A stretch of 63,862 bases of DNA, filler included, from Octopus bimaculoides (taxonomy: Eukaryota), in NCBI RefSeq assembly GCF_001194135.2. It is 5 parts of 5 records of this genome, joined end to end, with 100 filler letters (N's around TTAATTAATTAA, not from the genome) between each part and the next. Parts side by side here need not be neighbours in the genome. Positions count along the whole stretch, not along the records: positions 1 to 17,975 come from NC_068999.1; 4 more parts are not named here. One strand, written 5' to 3'. A program made the translations under genes and the position numbers. Below the pieces are notes generated by a model. The model had not been told where the DNA came from, did no database searches, and saw nothing but the letters and a program-made list of their open reading frames with translations. Position 1 is the stretch's first letter. Each line of letters starts with the position of its first letter. Positions 1 to 13,400 of this stretch are shown here, piece by piece.

Positions 1-66
<66 letters not shown>

Positions 67-280
67 ACATACATACATACATGAATGCATGCGTAAGTTT
101 ATCATCGAAGCATATATGAGCATGTCTAGACATGCAACTTCCTCTCTGTTTTCTAAGTAGGGTGTTTCTTTACCTTGCTGTAGCTACCATCACTTATAAG
201 ACTTGCCAGTTTTTCCAAGTAATAATAACAACATCGAAAAATACCTTAGGCACAAGAACCTAAGTTCGAAATTTCCCCAA

Positions 281-326
281 AACACCTGATGAAAGCTGGA
301 GAGTATAACAGCCGAAACGTTTTGTT
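281..326 (+). ncRNA. Degenerate minimal type I hammerhead ribozyme in a Penelope-like terminal repeat (repeat about 220-380)
   Basis: AACAC-CUGAUGA-a-aGCUG(10-nt loop)CAGCc-GAAA-CGUU-uUGUU; palindromic AACGUU in place of stem III; one mismatch each in stems I and II. Confidence 0.6.
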
Positions 327-895
327 AACAACAAACAAGATGAGGGCAAATATTTGTCAAATGTAAATAATGTAAATAATGATTTCCCACGTTAATCTGT
401 AGGAATCTTGGCATTGAACACCATTACCACACACAAACACACATCTATACGCAATGGCTGCCCCTCATTTGTGTATCTGTGTTATTCCTTCTGCAGTTAC
501 ACAACAAACGTGTCTATTGACACTGTTGCAATATTGATGTGCTGACTCATATTCCAAGAAAAATAAGCTCTTTCTTCCACTGAGAAAAAAAAAACAAACA
601 AAATGTGTGACTGAGTAAAGTTTGAACCAGCTCCAATCCTCACTGTCTTTTCTTCCTTCTTTGTTTCTCTATGTACACTCATCTGTAAACACCCATACAC
701 AAAGGTGGTGGTGGTGGTGGTGGCAGTGGGAAACATCTATGATAGCAAACAAATCTCTCTCAAATCTCAGTTTTCTTTCAATCATTTCTGCTTGCCTGCC
801 CTCCTTCTTACCTTCCTCCCTTCTTCTCATCCTTCCTTCTCTCCTTCTTCCCTTCCTTTGTTCCTTCCTTCCTTTTCTTCTTCTTTCCTTCCACT

Positions 896-945
<50 letters not shown>

Positions 946-1837
946 NNNNNNNNNNNNNNNNNNNNNNNNNNNNNNNNNNNNNNNNNNNNNNNNNNNNNNN
1001 NNNNNNNNNNNNNNNNNNNNNNNNNNNNNNNNNNNNNNNNNNNNNNNNNNNNNNNNNNNNNNNNNNNNNNNNNNNNNNNNNNNNNNNNNNNNNNNNNNNN
1101 NNNNNNNNNNNNNNNNNNNNNNNNNNNNNNNNNNNNNNNNNNNNNNNNNNNNNNNNNNNNNNNNNNNNNNNNNNNNNNNNNNNNNNNNNNTTGCTCAAGG
1201 TGCCACACAGTAGGATTGAACCGTGAACCATGTGGTTGGGAAGCAAGCTTCTTACCACACAGCTACACTTCTGGCTATACAGGCACACATACAGACAAGC
1301 AGACAGACAGATAAATACCTGCACACACACACATATACATGCAAACAATGTAACAGGATATAAATATGAAAAGTATTTTACATATCTACAATATAACAGG
1401 ATATGAATATGAAAAGTATCTTATTAATAATTAGTTGTAATGACAAAATGATTTATTAGAAATTGCTTAATATCTGAAAATGCACTTTCAGTATTATTTC
1501 TCATATGGTGTGAATATCTTGTATGGTATATTTTCTTTTCATTGACATCAACAGCACAGTTAATGGTTAACATGCAGTTTACAATTGTAGAACAGTGGAA
1601 GTATATTTTCCTAAAAATGTGAAAGTAAATTGTGATTCAAACTGGAAGGGATGACAGTGCCATCTTAAAATTTCATAAAAGTGACATAAAGAATTCCCTT
1701 GTTATGCCATATTATCAGATACCTACATGCAAGGTACCTTCTAGTGACATGTGAGGTATTTCAGATGATATACCATTCCAATCTATTATACTCAGTAATG
1801 AACACACTAAGAAGATGATGGTTTTCATATTATATTA

Positions 1838-1990
1838 AACGCTAGCAGTATAGCCTGGCTTTGCCCGGGATTAAATTAGGATAATTAAGCTAATCAAGTT
1901 CTTTATTTCAAACCAAACTAAGTAATATTGACGTCAAATTTGGGCAGAATCAAGAGCGCATGGGATGGGAGTTTGACCGGCAGAGGTGAT
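1838..1990 (+). mobile_element. Helitron/DINE-like remnant
   Basis: ctagcagtatagcctggctttgcccggga resembles the CTAG..CCCGG..CCGGG subterminal hairpin motif. Confidence 0.35.
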
Positions 1991-2149
1991 CAGGTTACAC
2001 ATGCTAGCCCCATCATCTAACACCTCTTTGCCAATGGGTTGGGAACCCTTCCAGCAAGGAAAATGGAATGCCCAAAAGGGCTCCCGATTCTCTGTCAGAA
2101 GCAGATCACAATTAAGATCACAACTAAGTCTTAAGTATATGCATGTATG

Positions 2150-2234
<85 letters not shown>

Positions 2235-5085
2235 NNNNNNNNNNNNNNNNNNNNNNNNNNNNNNNNNNNNNNNNNNNNNNNNNNNNNNNNNNNNNNNNNN
2301 NNNNNNNNNNNNNNNNNNNNNNNNNNNNNNNNNNNNNNNNNNNNNNNNNNNNNNNNNNNNNNNNNNNNNNNNNNNNNNNNNNNNNNNNNNNNNNNNNNNN
2401 NNNNNNNNNNNNNNNNNNNNNNNNNNNNNNNNNNNNNNNNNNNNNNNNNNNNNNNNNNNNNNNNNNNNNNNNNNNNNNNNNNNNNNNNNAAATTGTTAAA
2501 AGTTTTGGTTGAAAATTTATTTTTACTGCTATTCGCTGGTGCCTCTGGGAAAAATAAGTTGACAAAAATACAGCTAGGGTCATGACAAATGTCCTCCTAA
2601 AATTGGAGCGACATGCATGCTAATTTGTAGACGTGCATAAATTACATTCATGTACACACGCCCACACACACACATCCTGCCTTTTATATATACAAATATT
2701 GTATGTTCTATGCATTTGGTTATGTCACATGCATTGTTTACATGAAATTATGGGATGTCACTGTTATTTCTTCCAGTTTCCATTGCAATTTACTTTCATT
2801 ATATTTAGGATGATTTATTCTCACTTTTTTTATGACCAATTAACCTAGTTTATTTTTTCCCCCCTCTAAAATTCTCACCACTAGTTACCCCCTGAAAGGT
2901 TCAACCAGTGCATAAACAATTTTGAAATAAATTTCCTGAATTTTAATCAATTAGTTACAAATATTATTTTACTTTCATAGGAGTGCGTGTGTGGTAAGTA
3001 GCTTGCTTACCAATAACATGGTTCCGGGTTCGTTCCCACTGCATGGCACCTTGGGCAACTGTCTTCTACTATAGCCTCGAGCTGACCAAATCCTTGTGAG
3101 TGGATTTGGTAGACAGAAACTGAAAGAAGGCGGCGAACTGGCAGAATCGTTAGCACGCAAGGCAAAATGCTTAGCGGTATTTCGTCTGCCACTACATTCT
3201 GAGTTCAAAGACTTTGCCTTTCATCCTTTCGGGGCCGATATACCAATTTTTGCTAAGATTTGTTCTTTCACTTTATGGACACACAAAACCAGGGTTCAAC
3301 AAAGTGATCAATATTGATCCTTAGGAGTCTGTCAATATGGCAATTCAAAGGGTTGATAAACATTTGAAACTATTTTGAGCCTTAAGAGTGCTGGATTATG
3401 AATATAATATGAGTAAATTTTTATTGTCCTTTATCTATTTCATTAAATTTCTTTAGATATTTCTGATAGGCAACAAAATTCCTGCACAACAGCATGAGCC
3501 TTGTTGAGTCAGATGTAATTTTGGGCCAGGTGCCTCTATCATCCTCAGTACTCATTTCTGCTGCACCGCCTGACCTCTCTCTTGTGCCACATGTAATAGC
3601 AAACTTTCTCATTGGCTCCAACAAATTCCTGGTTACATCTTTTGTTTCCTTCACAGCCAATCCAAGACTCCTGAACATCAAATGAACCTGGTTTCAACAA
3701 ATCCTCTGACACGTACCTCTTCAGGAACGCATATTGCCTCCCATCCAAATATTTTCACACAGTTTGACCAATTCTGTATTTTCTGTCTTTCCTGAGGAAA
3801 ACGCATTCTGTGTTTGCTTCCCAGGGAACGCAGTTTTACCATCTTTACCGCTTTCCTTTCCTTGCACCACAAGACGGGGTTGAGTCTCTTGGTTGCAAAA
3901 AGTGAGAAGCAATATTTATCATTAAAGTCAACAGACAAGTCCCAAGTCTCGTCCCATTTTGAATCATTTATCTTCNNNNNNNNNNNNNNNNNNNNNNNNN
4001 NNNNNNNNNNNNNNNNNNNNNNNNNNNNNNNNNNNNNNNNNNNNNNNNNNNNNNNNNNNNNNNNNNNNNNNNNNNNNNNNNNNNNNNNNNNNNNNNNNNN
4101 NNNNNNNNNNNNNNNNNNNNNNNNNNNNNNNNNNNNNNNNNNNNNNNNNNNNNNNNNNNNNNNNNNNNNNNNCTTTAAGTGCAATTGAATACTTCTGTAA
4201 TAATGATTACTGGAAGATAACAATCAAACATTAAAAAGAAAATATTTCAACAAAATAAAAAATAAAAAATGACAAGAAAAGAAAAAAAGAGCAAAGAAAA
4301 TTTAAAAGGTAAAAAAGAGAAATGTAGAGATACAAATAAGAAATATGTATGTACATGAATTTTTTTTTTTTTTTTCTGAGATTTATTTAAGTTCTTCACA
4401 GAATCCAAACATGACATTATGTCACATGTGGCAAGGCTTATCTATTTATTTTTATTATTTGTATTATTGATTTTTTTTTGAGTCAAGATTCATAGTTCCT
4501 AGAATTTGAGAATGGGAATGAGTCAATGTTAAGTATACATATGCATGCAAGTGCACGCATATGTGTGTAAGTCTCCATGTGTGTGTGTGTGTGTGTGTGC
4601 ATATGTATCTCTCTCTATATATATATATCTTTATATACATATATATATATATGTATGTATGTAAGTATGTATACATATATATATATAATACGTATTGCAT
4701 ATTTATGCGTACATATATACACTCACACACACTTACACATACATGCATACATACCTACATACATACGTACAAACATACATACATACATGCATACACACAC
4801 ACATACCTACATACATATATGTACACACACACATGTGAGTGTGTAAATATACTTGCATATCAAGGAATATCTCTTCAAGGAAGTAGAGAAGTGTGTGATG
4901 CATGGTGGCAGTGGTGTTGGCAGTGGTGGTGGCTGTGGGAGGTGTATGCAGATGTGTGTGATTCATTGCTCTTCATGTATGTGTATAAGAGTGCATGTGT
5001 GCTATCTATATGCACTAACAATTGAATGTTTGTGTGCATTTATTTATTCTAAGAAAGCTGAAAGTCTCTCTCTCTCTCTCTCTCA

Positions 5086-5131
<46 letters not shown>

Positions 5132-7815
5132 GTCTGTCTGTCTATCTACCTTTCTATATTAATGGGTGTGTATTTGTGTCTATGTATATGCATATATACA
5201 TATGTATGTATGCATTGCCAAATCAGACTGGAATTTAGTGCAGCCTTCCAGCATGCCAGCCCTGGTCAAATTGTTCACCCTATGCCAGCATGGACAACAG
5301 ACGTTAAATGATGATGATGATGATGATATATATATATATATCTTTGTATGTCTTTTCTGTTTTTAATTATTATAAATCTTCCACTGAGGAAGGAGCCAAT
5401 TTCCAACAAAGATACAAGGCTCCATCTTTGGGATGTTGTTAACACAGACAAATTCACATTTGGAACTTGGGAAAANNNNNNNNNNNNNNNNNNNNNNNNN
5501 NNNNNNNNNNNNNNNNNNNNNNNNNNNNNNNNNNNNNNNNNNNNNNNNNNNNNNNNNNNNNNNNNNNNNNNNNNNNNNNNNNNNNNNNNNNNNNNNNNNN
5601 NNNNNNNNNNNNNNNNNNNNNNNNNNNNNNNNNNNNNNNNNNNNNNNNNNNNNNNNNNNNNNNNNNNNNNNNNNNNNNNNNNNNNNNNNNNNNNNNNNNN
5701 NNNNNNNNNNNNNNNNNNNNNNNNNNNNNNNNNNNNNNNNNNNNNNNNNNNNNNNNNNNNNNNNNNNNNNNNNNNNNNNNNNNNNNNNNNNNNNNNNNNN
5801 NNNNNNNNNNNNNNNNNNNNNNNNNNNNNNACCCTACCCTAGTCGTTACTACTCCCCAATGTAGGATTCCTCACCATACAGGTGACAGGCACAGCCGTAA
5901 GATGCATTATGAATCTATAGCAATTGGAAGGGTGTGACCCAACTGAAACATTAACAACTGTGTGACGTGAGGGCTAAGGGGAAATGAAAGTGTCACTTCT
6001 GGAGTTTGCAAATGACCACTATAGTGATAGGTAACTGGACAGAATAAATTTACAATCTATAAATGTCTTTCAATAACCAGTCACTCATCTGGGAAGGCCT
6101 TGAAATCAATGTTACCATCTATATATATACATTTGTGCAGATACATATACATCTATATACATACATGTATATATATACATCTATATGATATTGTTGTGGG
6201 CTCGCACTAGGCAAGAAGTTAAAAACGTTTTTGGTCTATGACACTACATGGACCCTAGGTAAGGCATGTGTAAAATTTGAATGAAATTGGTTGTGTAGTT
6301 CTCAAGTTTTAGGGATTCACACAGGCACACACACAGACAGACACACATTTTCATCTTTATATATATAGATATTTTATAAATCAAATAATGCATATAGGTC
6401 AAAAAAAATTATTGGCTTTTTTTGTTTTATAATAATATCATATTATGTTATATTATAATATAAATAAATTATTAGACAGTCAATTGAATCTTTATTTAAT
6501 TCATTGTTTATATATGTATGTATATATATATTATATATATATATATATAAATATNNNNNNNNNNNNNNNNNNNNNNNNNNNNNNNNNNNNNNNNNNNNNN
6601 NNNNNNNNNNNNNNNNNNNNNNNNNNNNNNNNNNNNNNNNNNNNNNNNNNNNNNNNNNNNNNNNNNNNNNNNNNNNNNNNNNNNNNNNNNNNNNNNNNNN
6701 NNNNNNNNNNNNNNNNNNNNNNNNNNNNNNNNNNNNNNNNNNNNNNNNNNNNNNNNNNNNNNNNNNNNNNNNNNNNNNNNNNNNNNNNNNNNNNNNNNNN
6801 NNNNNNNNNNNNNNNNNNNNNNNNNNNNNNNNNNNNNNNNNNNNNNNNNNNNNNNNNNNNNNNNNNNNNNNNNNNNNNNNNNNNNNNNNNNNNNNNNNNN
6901 NNNNNNNNNNNNNNNNNNNNNNNNNNNNNNNNNNNNNNNNNNNNNNNNNNNNNNNNNNNNNNNNNNNNNNNNNNNNNNNNNNNNNNNNNNNNNNNNNNNN
7001 NNNNNNNNNNNNNNNNNNNNNNNNNNNNNNNNNNNNNNNNNNNNNNNNNNNNNNNNNNNNNNNNNNNNNNNNNNNNNNNNNNNNNNNNNNNNNNNATATA
7101 TATATATATATAAAACTACCTGAAGCTCATTATAAAAATGTTACACAATGGAACTAGCTAGTCGTTAGGTTGAAATTACTCCGATGAAGTTTACCTTGGT
7201 GAAATCAAAGAAATAAAAAAGAAAATCAATAACAAAAAAAAAATATGCATAGAGCGGAAATAATACAAAGAACGGGTGTGCTTATACGCACACATGCATA
7301 AAGAGAAAAAGGGGGAGGGGTAAATTAAGTACATAAGGAAAATAAAGCAAAAAGGAAAATATATAAATATAAAATAAAACTGAATAAAAAGGAAATAATA
7401 AGGATTTAAAATTACATACAAACATACACCTTCCTGCACCAGCAACATAAATGAGTGCATTTGTGAGATTAAACAGCAAAGGTTATTCTCTTTAATTTAG
7501 GTATATCAAACCATTGGATGGTAGGGAAGAGGATTTGGAAAGAATTAGAAATAGAAAGCAGGGTTGGAAAGGGTTACAGAAGTAACTCCAGGGGTACAAA
7601 TTTTGCTGCCACTCATAGGCATTCTTATCAACATTTGCCATCCCACCCCAGGGTATACAGGGAGTATCCCCTTAAAACACAGCAAGTGTACTAGAATGTG
7701 TGAAATAATCTGGTTTCTTCCCACCCCACTTTGCCCTTAATATCCAAAATAGGTTACCTGAACTTTTTTTTTTGCACAGTCCAACCCATGCTAGCATGGA
7801 AAGCGGACATTAAAC

Positions 7816-7852
<37 letters not shown>

Positions 7853-7857
7853 TTAGA

Positions 7858-8000
7858 AAGGCACTTCTCAAGATCTAGTAATGTCAGGAAAATCTTCAAC
7901 TCGCAATCTATTAAATAATCCTACTCCACCATATCTAACACAGCTTGGATTATTTGTCTCCTTAACAACAGAAAATTACGAAACCTGGATGTGAGTAGCA
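7858..8000 (+). mobile_element. Penelope-like fragment (RT to GIY-YIG linker)
   Basis: HFSRSSNVRKIFNSQSIK*SYSTISN resembles the PLE KIFNxxxxKxSYS motif. Confidence 0.6.
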
Positions 8001-8839
8001 GTAATAACACAAATAAGGTACTAACTAATCCCCAGCTCTATTCTAGTAACCCCAGCTATCAAACTGGATCAGACATCTGCCCTGCAAGAGCTAAATCAGG
8101 TACACCACTCACTACCCACCGACTGGACCAGGCAATACTGATTACCAGAGCAGAAAATAATTGAGGTGATGTCATCAGATATGACAGCTACTCTAAATTA
8201 CTTCCTCTGGATAACTGCCTCACCACCAGTTGTCCAGAATCTCATGAATTAGATTTATATATATATGTATATATATACACATGTGTATGTGTGTATATGA
8301 TGTAGGTGACTGTTTACCTTATGTGTGCATGTGCATGTTTATATATTATATAATTATGTATATTGATACTTGTGTATGTATATTTACTTTCACTGTTTTA
8401 CAGCAATAAACTGTATGTAAACGAATATGTGTGTGTGAGGTTGTTGCCAATTGCTAAAGGATGAAAGGGAAATTTGATCCGGAGAGCATTTGAACTCAAA
8501 GCACAGGGAACAAGAACACGTACTACAAACCAATCTAAACAGTGCTCTAATAGCTGTACTAATTTGGCCACCTACTTACACACAAAACGTTGTCATTTGA
8601 TACTGAATACACAGTAAAAATGGGTTGTTGACATTTCTGCTTCACTAACAGCAATTTCATATCTATTGTGCCAATACAAAGATCATCATTGTCACTTACT
8701 GGATAAACTTTGCAGAAATAAGCCAGCGATGAAACCTATAGGTCAGTGGTTCTTTACTGGGGTTCATATGGCCCTTGTGGATCCATGTAAAATTCTATTG
8801 TTAAAAATCATGTACAATAAATTGGTTATAAAGGAACCA

Positions 8840-9690
8840 GTTGGGGGGCACTGGCTTCAACCATGTTTGGATGGTGCTTTTTACATGTCACAGGCACAAG
8901 AAGCCAGTCAGGCGGCAGTGGCAGTAACCCATGCTTGGATGGTGCATATTACGTGCCACAAGCATGGGTGCCACTCAAGCAGCACTGGCATCAGCCACGA
9001 CTATGATTTCACTTGACTCAACAGGTCTTCTTAAGCACAGCATATCACCTAATGATTCAAGGGTATTTTTAAATGGGCTGTTTATTTCGACACTGGTATC
9101 AGCCATGGCTGTGATCTCACTTTACTTGCCAGATCTTCTCAATCATAGCATATCTCCAAAGGTCCCGGTCTCTTGTCATTGCCTCTGTGAGGTCCAAGAT
9201 TCAAAGGTTGTGCTGCACCACCTCAACCCATGTCTTCCTGGGTCTACCTCTTCCACAGGTTCCTTCCCCTGTCAGGGTGTGACACTTCCTCATACAGCTC
9301 TCCTCATCCATATGCAGCACAAGACCATATCAGCACAGTTGTCTCTCTTGCACACCACATCTGATGCTTCTCATGTCCAACTTTTCTTTCAGGGCACTTA
9401 CACTCAGTCATGTATGCACACTGACATTACACATCCAGCAGAGCATACTAGCTTCATTTCTTTCAAGCCTACGCATGTCCTCAGCAATCAAGGCCCATGT
9501 TTCACTGCTTTGTAGCATAGCCGTTTGCACACATGAATCATACAGTCTACCTTGCACTCTGAGCAAGAGGCCCTTTGTTACCAGCAGAGGTAGGAGCTTT
9601 CTGAACTTTATCCAGGCTATTCTTATTCTAGCGACTACACTCTCAGAGCATCCACCCCCACTACAGACTTGGTCACTTAGGTAGCAGAAG
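8840..9690 (-). mobile_element. RTE-clade LINE 3' fragment
   Basis: VDSFCYLSDQVCSGGGCSESVVARIRIAWIKFRKLLPLL..GRLYDSCVQTAML..SETWAL..RRLERNEASMLCWMC followed by 3' UTR; boundaries approximate. Confidence 0.88.
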
Positions 9691-9771
9691 CTATCAACTA
9701 CGTCTAGTTTTATATATATACAACCTTTACAAAGAAAAAGAAAAGGTTGACAAATATGTGTATGAATGAAT

Positions 9772-9812
<41 letters not shown>

Positions 9813-10388
9813 AGCATACATACAAACATAGTGTGCATTTGTGTAATTATGATGGGGTGAAATTAGGTATTGGAACAAATCTAGTCCAGCACTCTTTACT
9901 TTCTGTCATTTTCCTACCCTGTTGCCATACCACATGGTTCTCACGTAACAAATACATTCAATAATTGAATTGTCACCATGTTCAGCATATAATCCAATCA
10001 TGGGCAAACTGCGACCTGTGGGTCTTTCTGAATGGCACGCCAATGAAAAATTACCTCCATTTTATGTTTTAGTATTATTCAGACCTGTCTGATGATAAAG
10101 CCAGGTCTAATGCGGCCCATTTCTCATATGCTCATGCTTGAAAAACTACTATAAGGTGGTTGCAGCTGTTTAAGCCTTCCCTTTTGATCAAAGTCATGCC
10201 ATTTGTGACCATTCAGTTGTTTTCTAAATCATGAATATCAAAAACTAGATGTCTTGCTTGTTTTTTTTTTTTCTTTTTTGCTTTTATGTTTAAGACGTTA
10301 GAGTGTGGTTCTTCATTGTTCGAATAAGTGGGAATCCCTTCATTCTTCAAAATGATAAAAATGAAGATGGTGCTAAGTAGTAGTAGTG

Positions 10389-10433
<45 letters not shown>

Positions 10434-13400
10434 AAATGAAAACATAAAAAAGGAACAACAACGATGGTGATAATCGTTCAAACAAAATTAGTTACTCCTT
10501 TCTGTTGTAGTCTGTGAAGTCATTGCCAATGAGTAACAATTCTTGCTACCAACAAAGGAGACAACTTTACTTCTTTGTACTTTTAACTTTTAACTTATTC
10601 CTGGAAAAAGGTAAACATCCGGTTTAAAATGATTTGTTGTGTGATTTACCAATTGTCTACGTCACTCAACAGTATAACCAATCTCCGAATGATGGACCAA
10701 CAATGGAGTTTCTACGCCCACGACTTTTATTATTCTATGAGTTCGATCAACCTGTGGGAAACATCCGTCACATATAGTTTAATTTACACCTCCACCGTCT
10801 TAAAAAGGACAATAATAGACTTATTTCAGTTCTGTAAGGTTTTTTTGTTGTTGTTGTCTTTCTTTTTTATTGCTGTTTGATTAATGTAAATTCCTTAATT
10901 CACATAATGTTTATATCTTTGTTTATTGTAATTATGATTTCAAATATTATGTTGAGTATGAATAATAGGTGGAGTAATAATTAAACATTGACCCATATTT
11001 CAAAGTGAAACAAAATTAATGAGAAAAAAAACTCTGATATAGGAGGGTTGATCCAAAAGTAACACAAAAGTGTGCATAACTTCTTCATTGACAGAGACAA
11101 GTAATTGAAATTGCACTTTCTCTATACTAAGTTACTACTCAACATGGTAATTGAAATTGCACTTGTAACTTTTTCTCTTTTCTCTTTAATATATATCCTT
11201 GTATAGAACTATGTGCTTCACAGTTCCAGTGACGCAGTGTTAGGTGTTGTGCGCATGTTCACATGTCCGAGATAGGAAGTCCTATGCTAGGGAAAGAGAG
11301 CACCGTGGTTCACACAGTGCTGGTGAAAGGTAGTGTTCCCTACCTATCTAAGTACCCACTAACACAACTAGCTACAGATCAGTCTAAGATCTACTTATCT
11401 ACCTACCTACCAATCAATCTACCTACTAGTGCAAAAAGGTAAAGTCCCCCTTCAGTCATGAATGACCATGGAATTGCACCTAGAAAGTTCCCTTCCGAGG
11501 CACAAGTCTGGGCAACGTTGTTTATGAAATATCAGCAGTCGCCTGTGCACACCAGTTTCCCCTCCTCGTGCCACTAATGTTATCCAACAAAAAGGCAAAG
11601 GCTGATACAGCTTGGCACCAGTGAAGTTGCAATTCATTTCAACAGCTGAGTGAACAGGAGTAACGTGAAATAAAGTGTCTTGTTCAAGAACACAACACAC
11701 AGCCCAGTCCTGGAATTGAACTCACTACCTCATGATTGTGAGCCTGATGCACTAACCACTGAGCCATGCACCTTCACACTTACTGGTGTGCTTATCTACA
11801 TATCTAATTACATACTTACAGTCAACCTACCTCCTATGTACCAACCTATCTATTCATCCATCCATGCATTGAAAAAGCTTTATTTTATACCTAAGTATGC
11901 ACAAGCATTTTACTGGGCACATTCCTTTTGGGAAAATGATACTTAAATTATAAACTGTACAGTCAGTCATTTAGTATTCAAATTACTCTTTCTCATATAA
12001 TGCTTATTTATTCATGTTGTTTTAAATTAATCATGCATTATCTTGTAGCTTTGACATTTCAATAATATGATTATTTTTAGAATGACAGTGTAGAATGGCT
12101 GTGAGAAACCAGATCTGGCCAGTTTGAACATAGAGCAGGTAGAATATTTGGGCTGCACACAGCGGGTTTAAATGCTACAGAGTTGAAGGCTGGACAAATA
12201 ACCAGTGACTGCACTGTAAAATTAGATTGAGTATTAAAATACTGGTGTATATACACATTTGAATGGCACTAGCCTGTACCGCCGCCACCTCTAACTGACA
12301 GAAGCATAAACTGAACAGTCATCCTGACAATCCTAATCAGTTTAGATCAGTGCTTCTTGGAAGTTTTGTGCTTCTTTTACAGAATGGCATTTTACAAACT
12401 CCTCTTCCTCTTTTGTGCAATGGTTTATTATCCATTTTTTCTTATAATATCCCATTCAATATGTACGTCTTTTACAAATATTTGCCTGGAATTATGACCC
12501 ACCTCCCTAAGTTAAATTTTTATAGACTTATATATTGGTTTCAAACTTTTGCACAAGGCCACCAAGTTCAGGGGAGGGTTAAAGTCAATTACATCGACCC
12601 CAGTGCTCAAGTGGTACTTATTTTATCAACCCCAAAAGGACAAAAGGCAGGGTCAACCTCAGCAGAATTTGAACTCAAAACATATAGATGGATGAAATAC
12701 CACTAAGCATATTGTCTGACATGCTAACAATTTTGACTGCTCTCTGCTTTAAAGATCTTATATATCAAGATTATATTGAACCTCGGTGTATCATCAGTCA
12801 TGTTTCTACTCTCTGCTACCACAATGTCTGTCCATATTTTAATTCTGACATTTTCCAAAAAGTGTTGTGATTGAAAAATATAAGTATTGTGCATGGTTTA
12901 GATATTTTATTTCTACAAAAACCTACATCTCTAAACAGTTTTCCTTGTGGTTCTCTCTTGACATTTGTTGCTCACCTGTGAGCTCACAATGCCCTCATTG
13001 AAACACAGCTCAGATGAAGTATTTAAAATATTTATAGAGCACATATATATATAATGTAACCAATGGCTAATGAGAAATTTTACTTTTATTCACACTACAT
13101 TATATAGGTACATTTATTCACCATTACTTTCGTTGGTGTTAACATACTTTATTTAATGAATTTCTAACTTGCCTTGCTAAACATCCACCTGTCTATGCTA
13201 CACATCTCTTTTATGTTGCACCTCTCTATAATATAGTATGACAGGTTATAGCTGCATATGAGAACATTTTAGACTATTTCAGTAAGTTAACAAAAATACC
13301 TGGACACATATGTTTTGAATTTCTTTTCTTTGAAAATTTGAAACTATTTCTTCAAGTTATCGAAACATTCATGAACTAGTTTTTCTAGAACAGGTACAAA

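Noticed and set aside
1345-1420. Short tandem duplications (also 11100-11165, 25730-25785, 29220-29275, 62770-62845)
   Set aside because: Two to three copies of 18-45 bp in intronic or TE sequence; ordinary slippage
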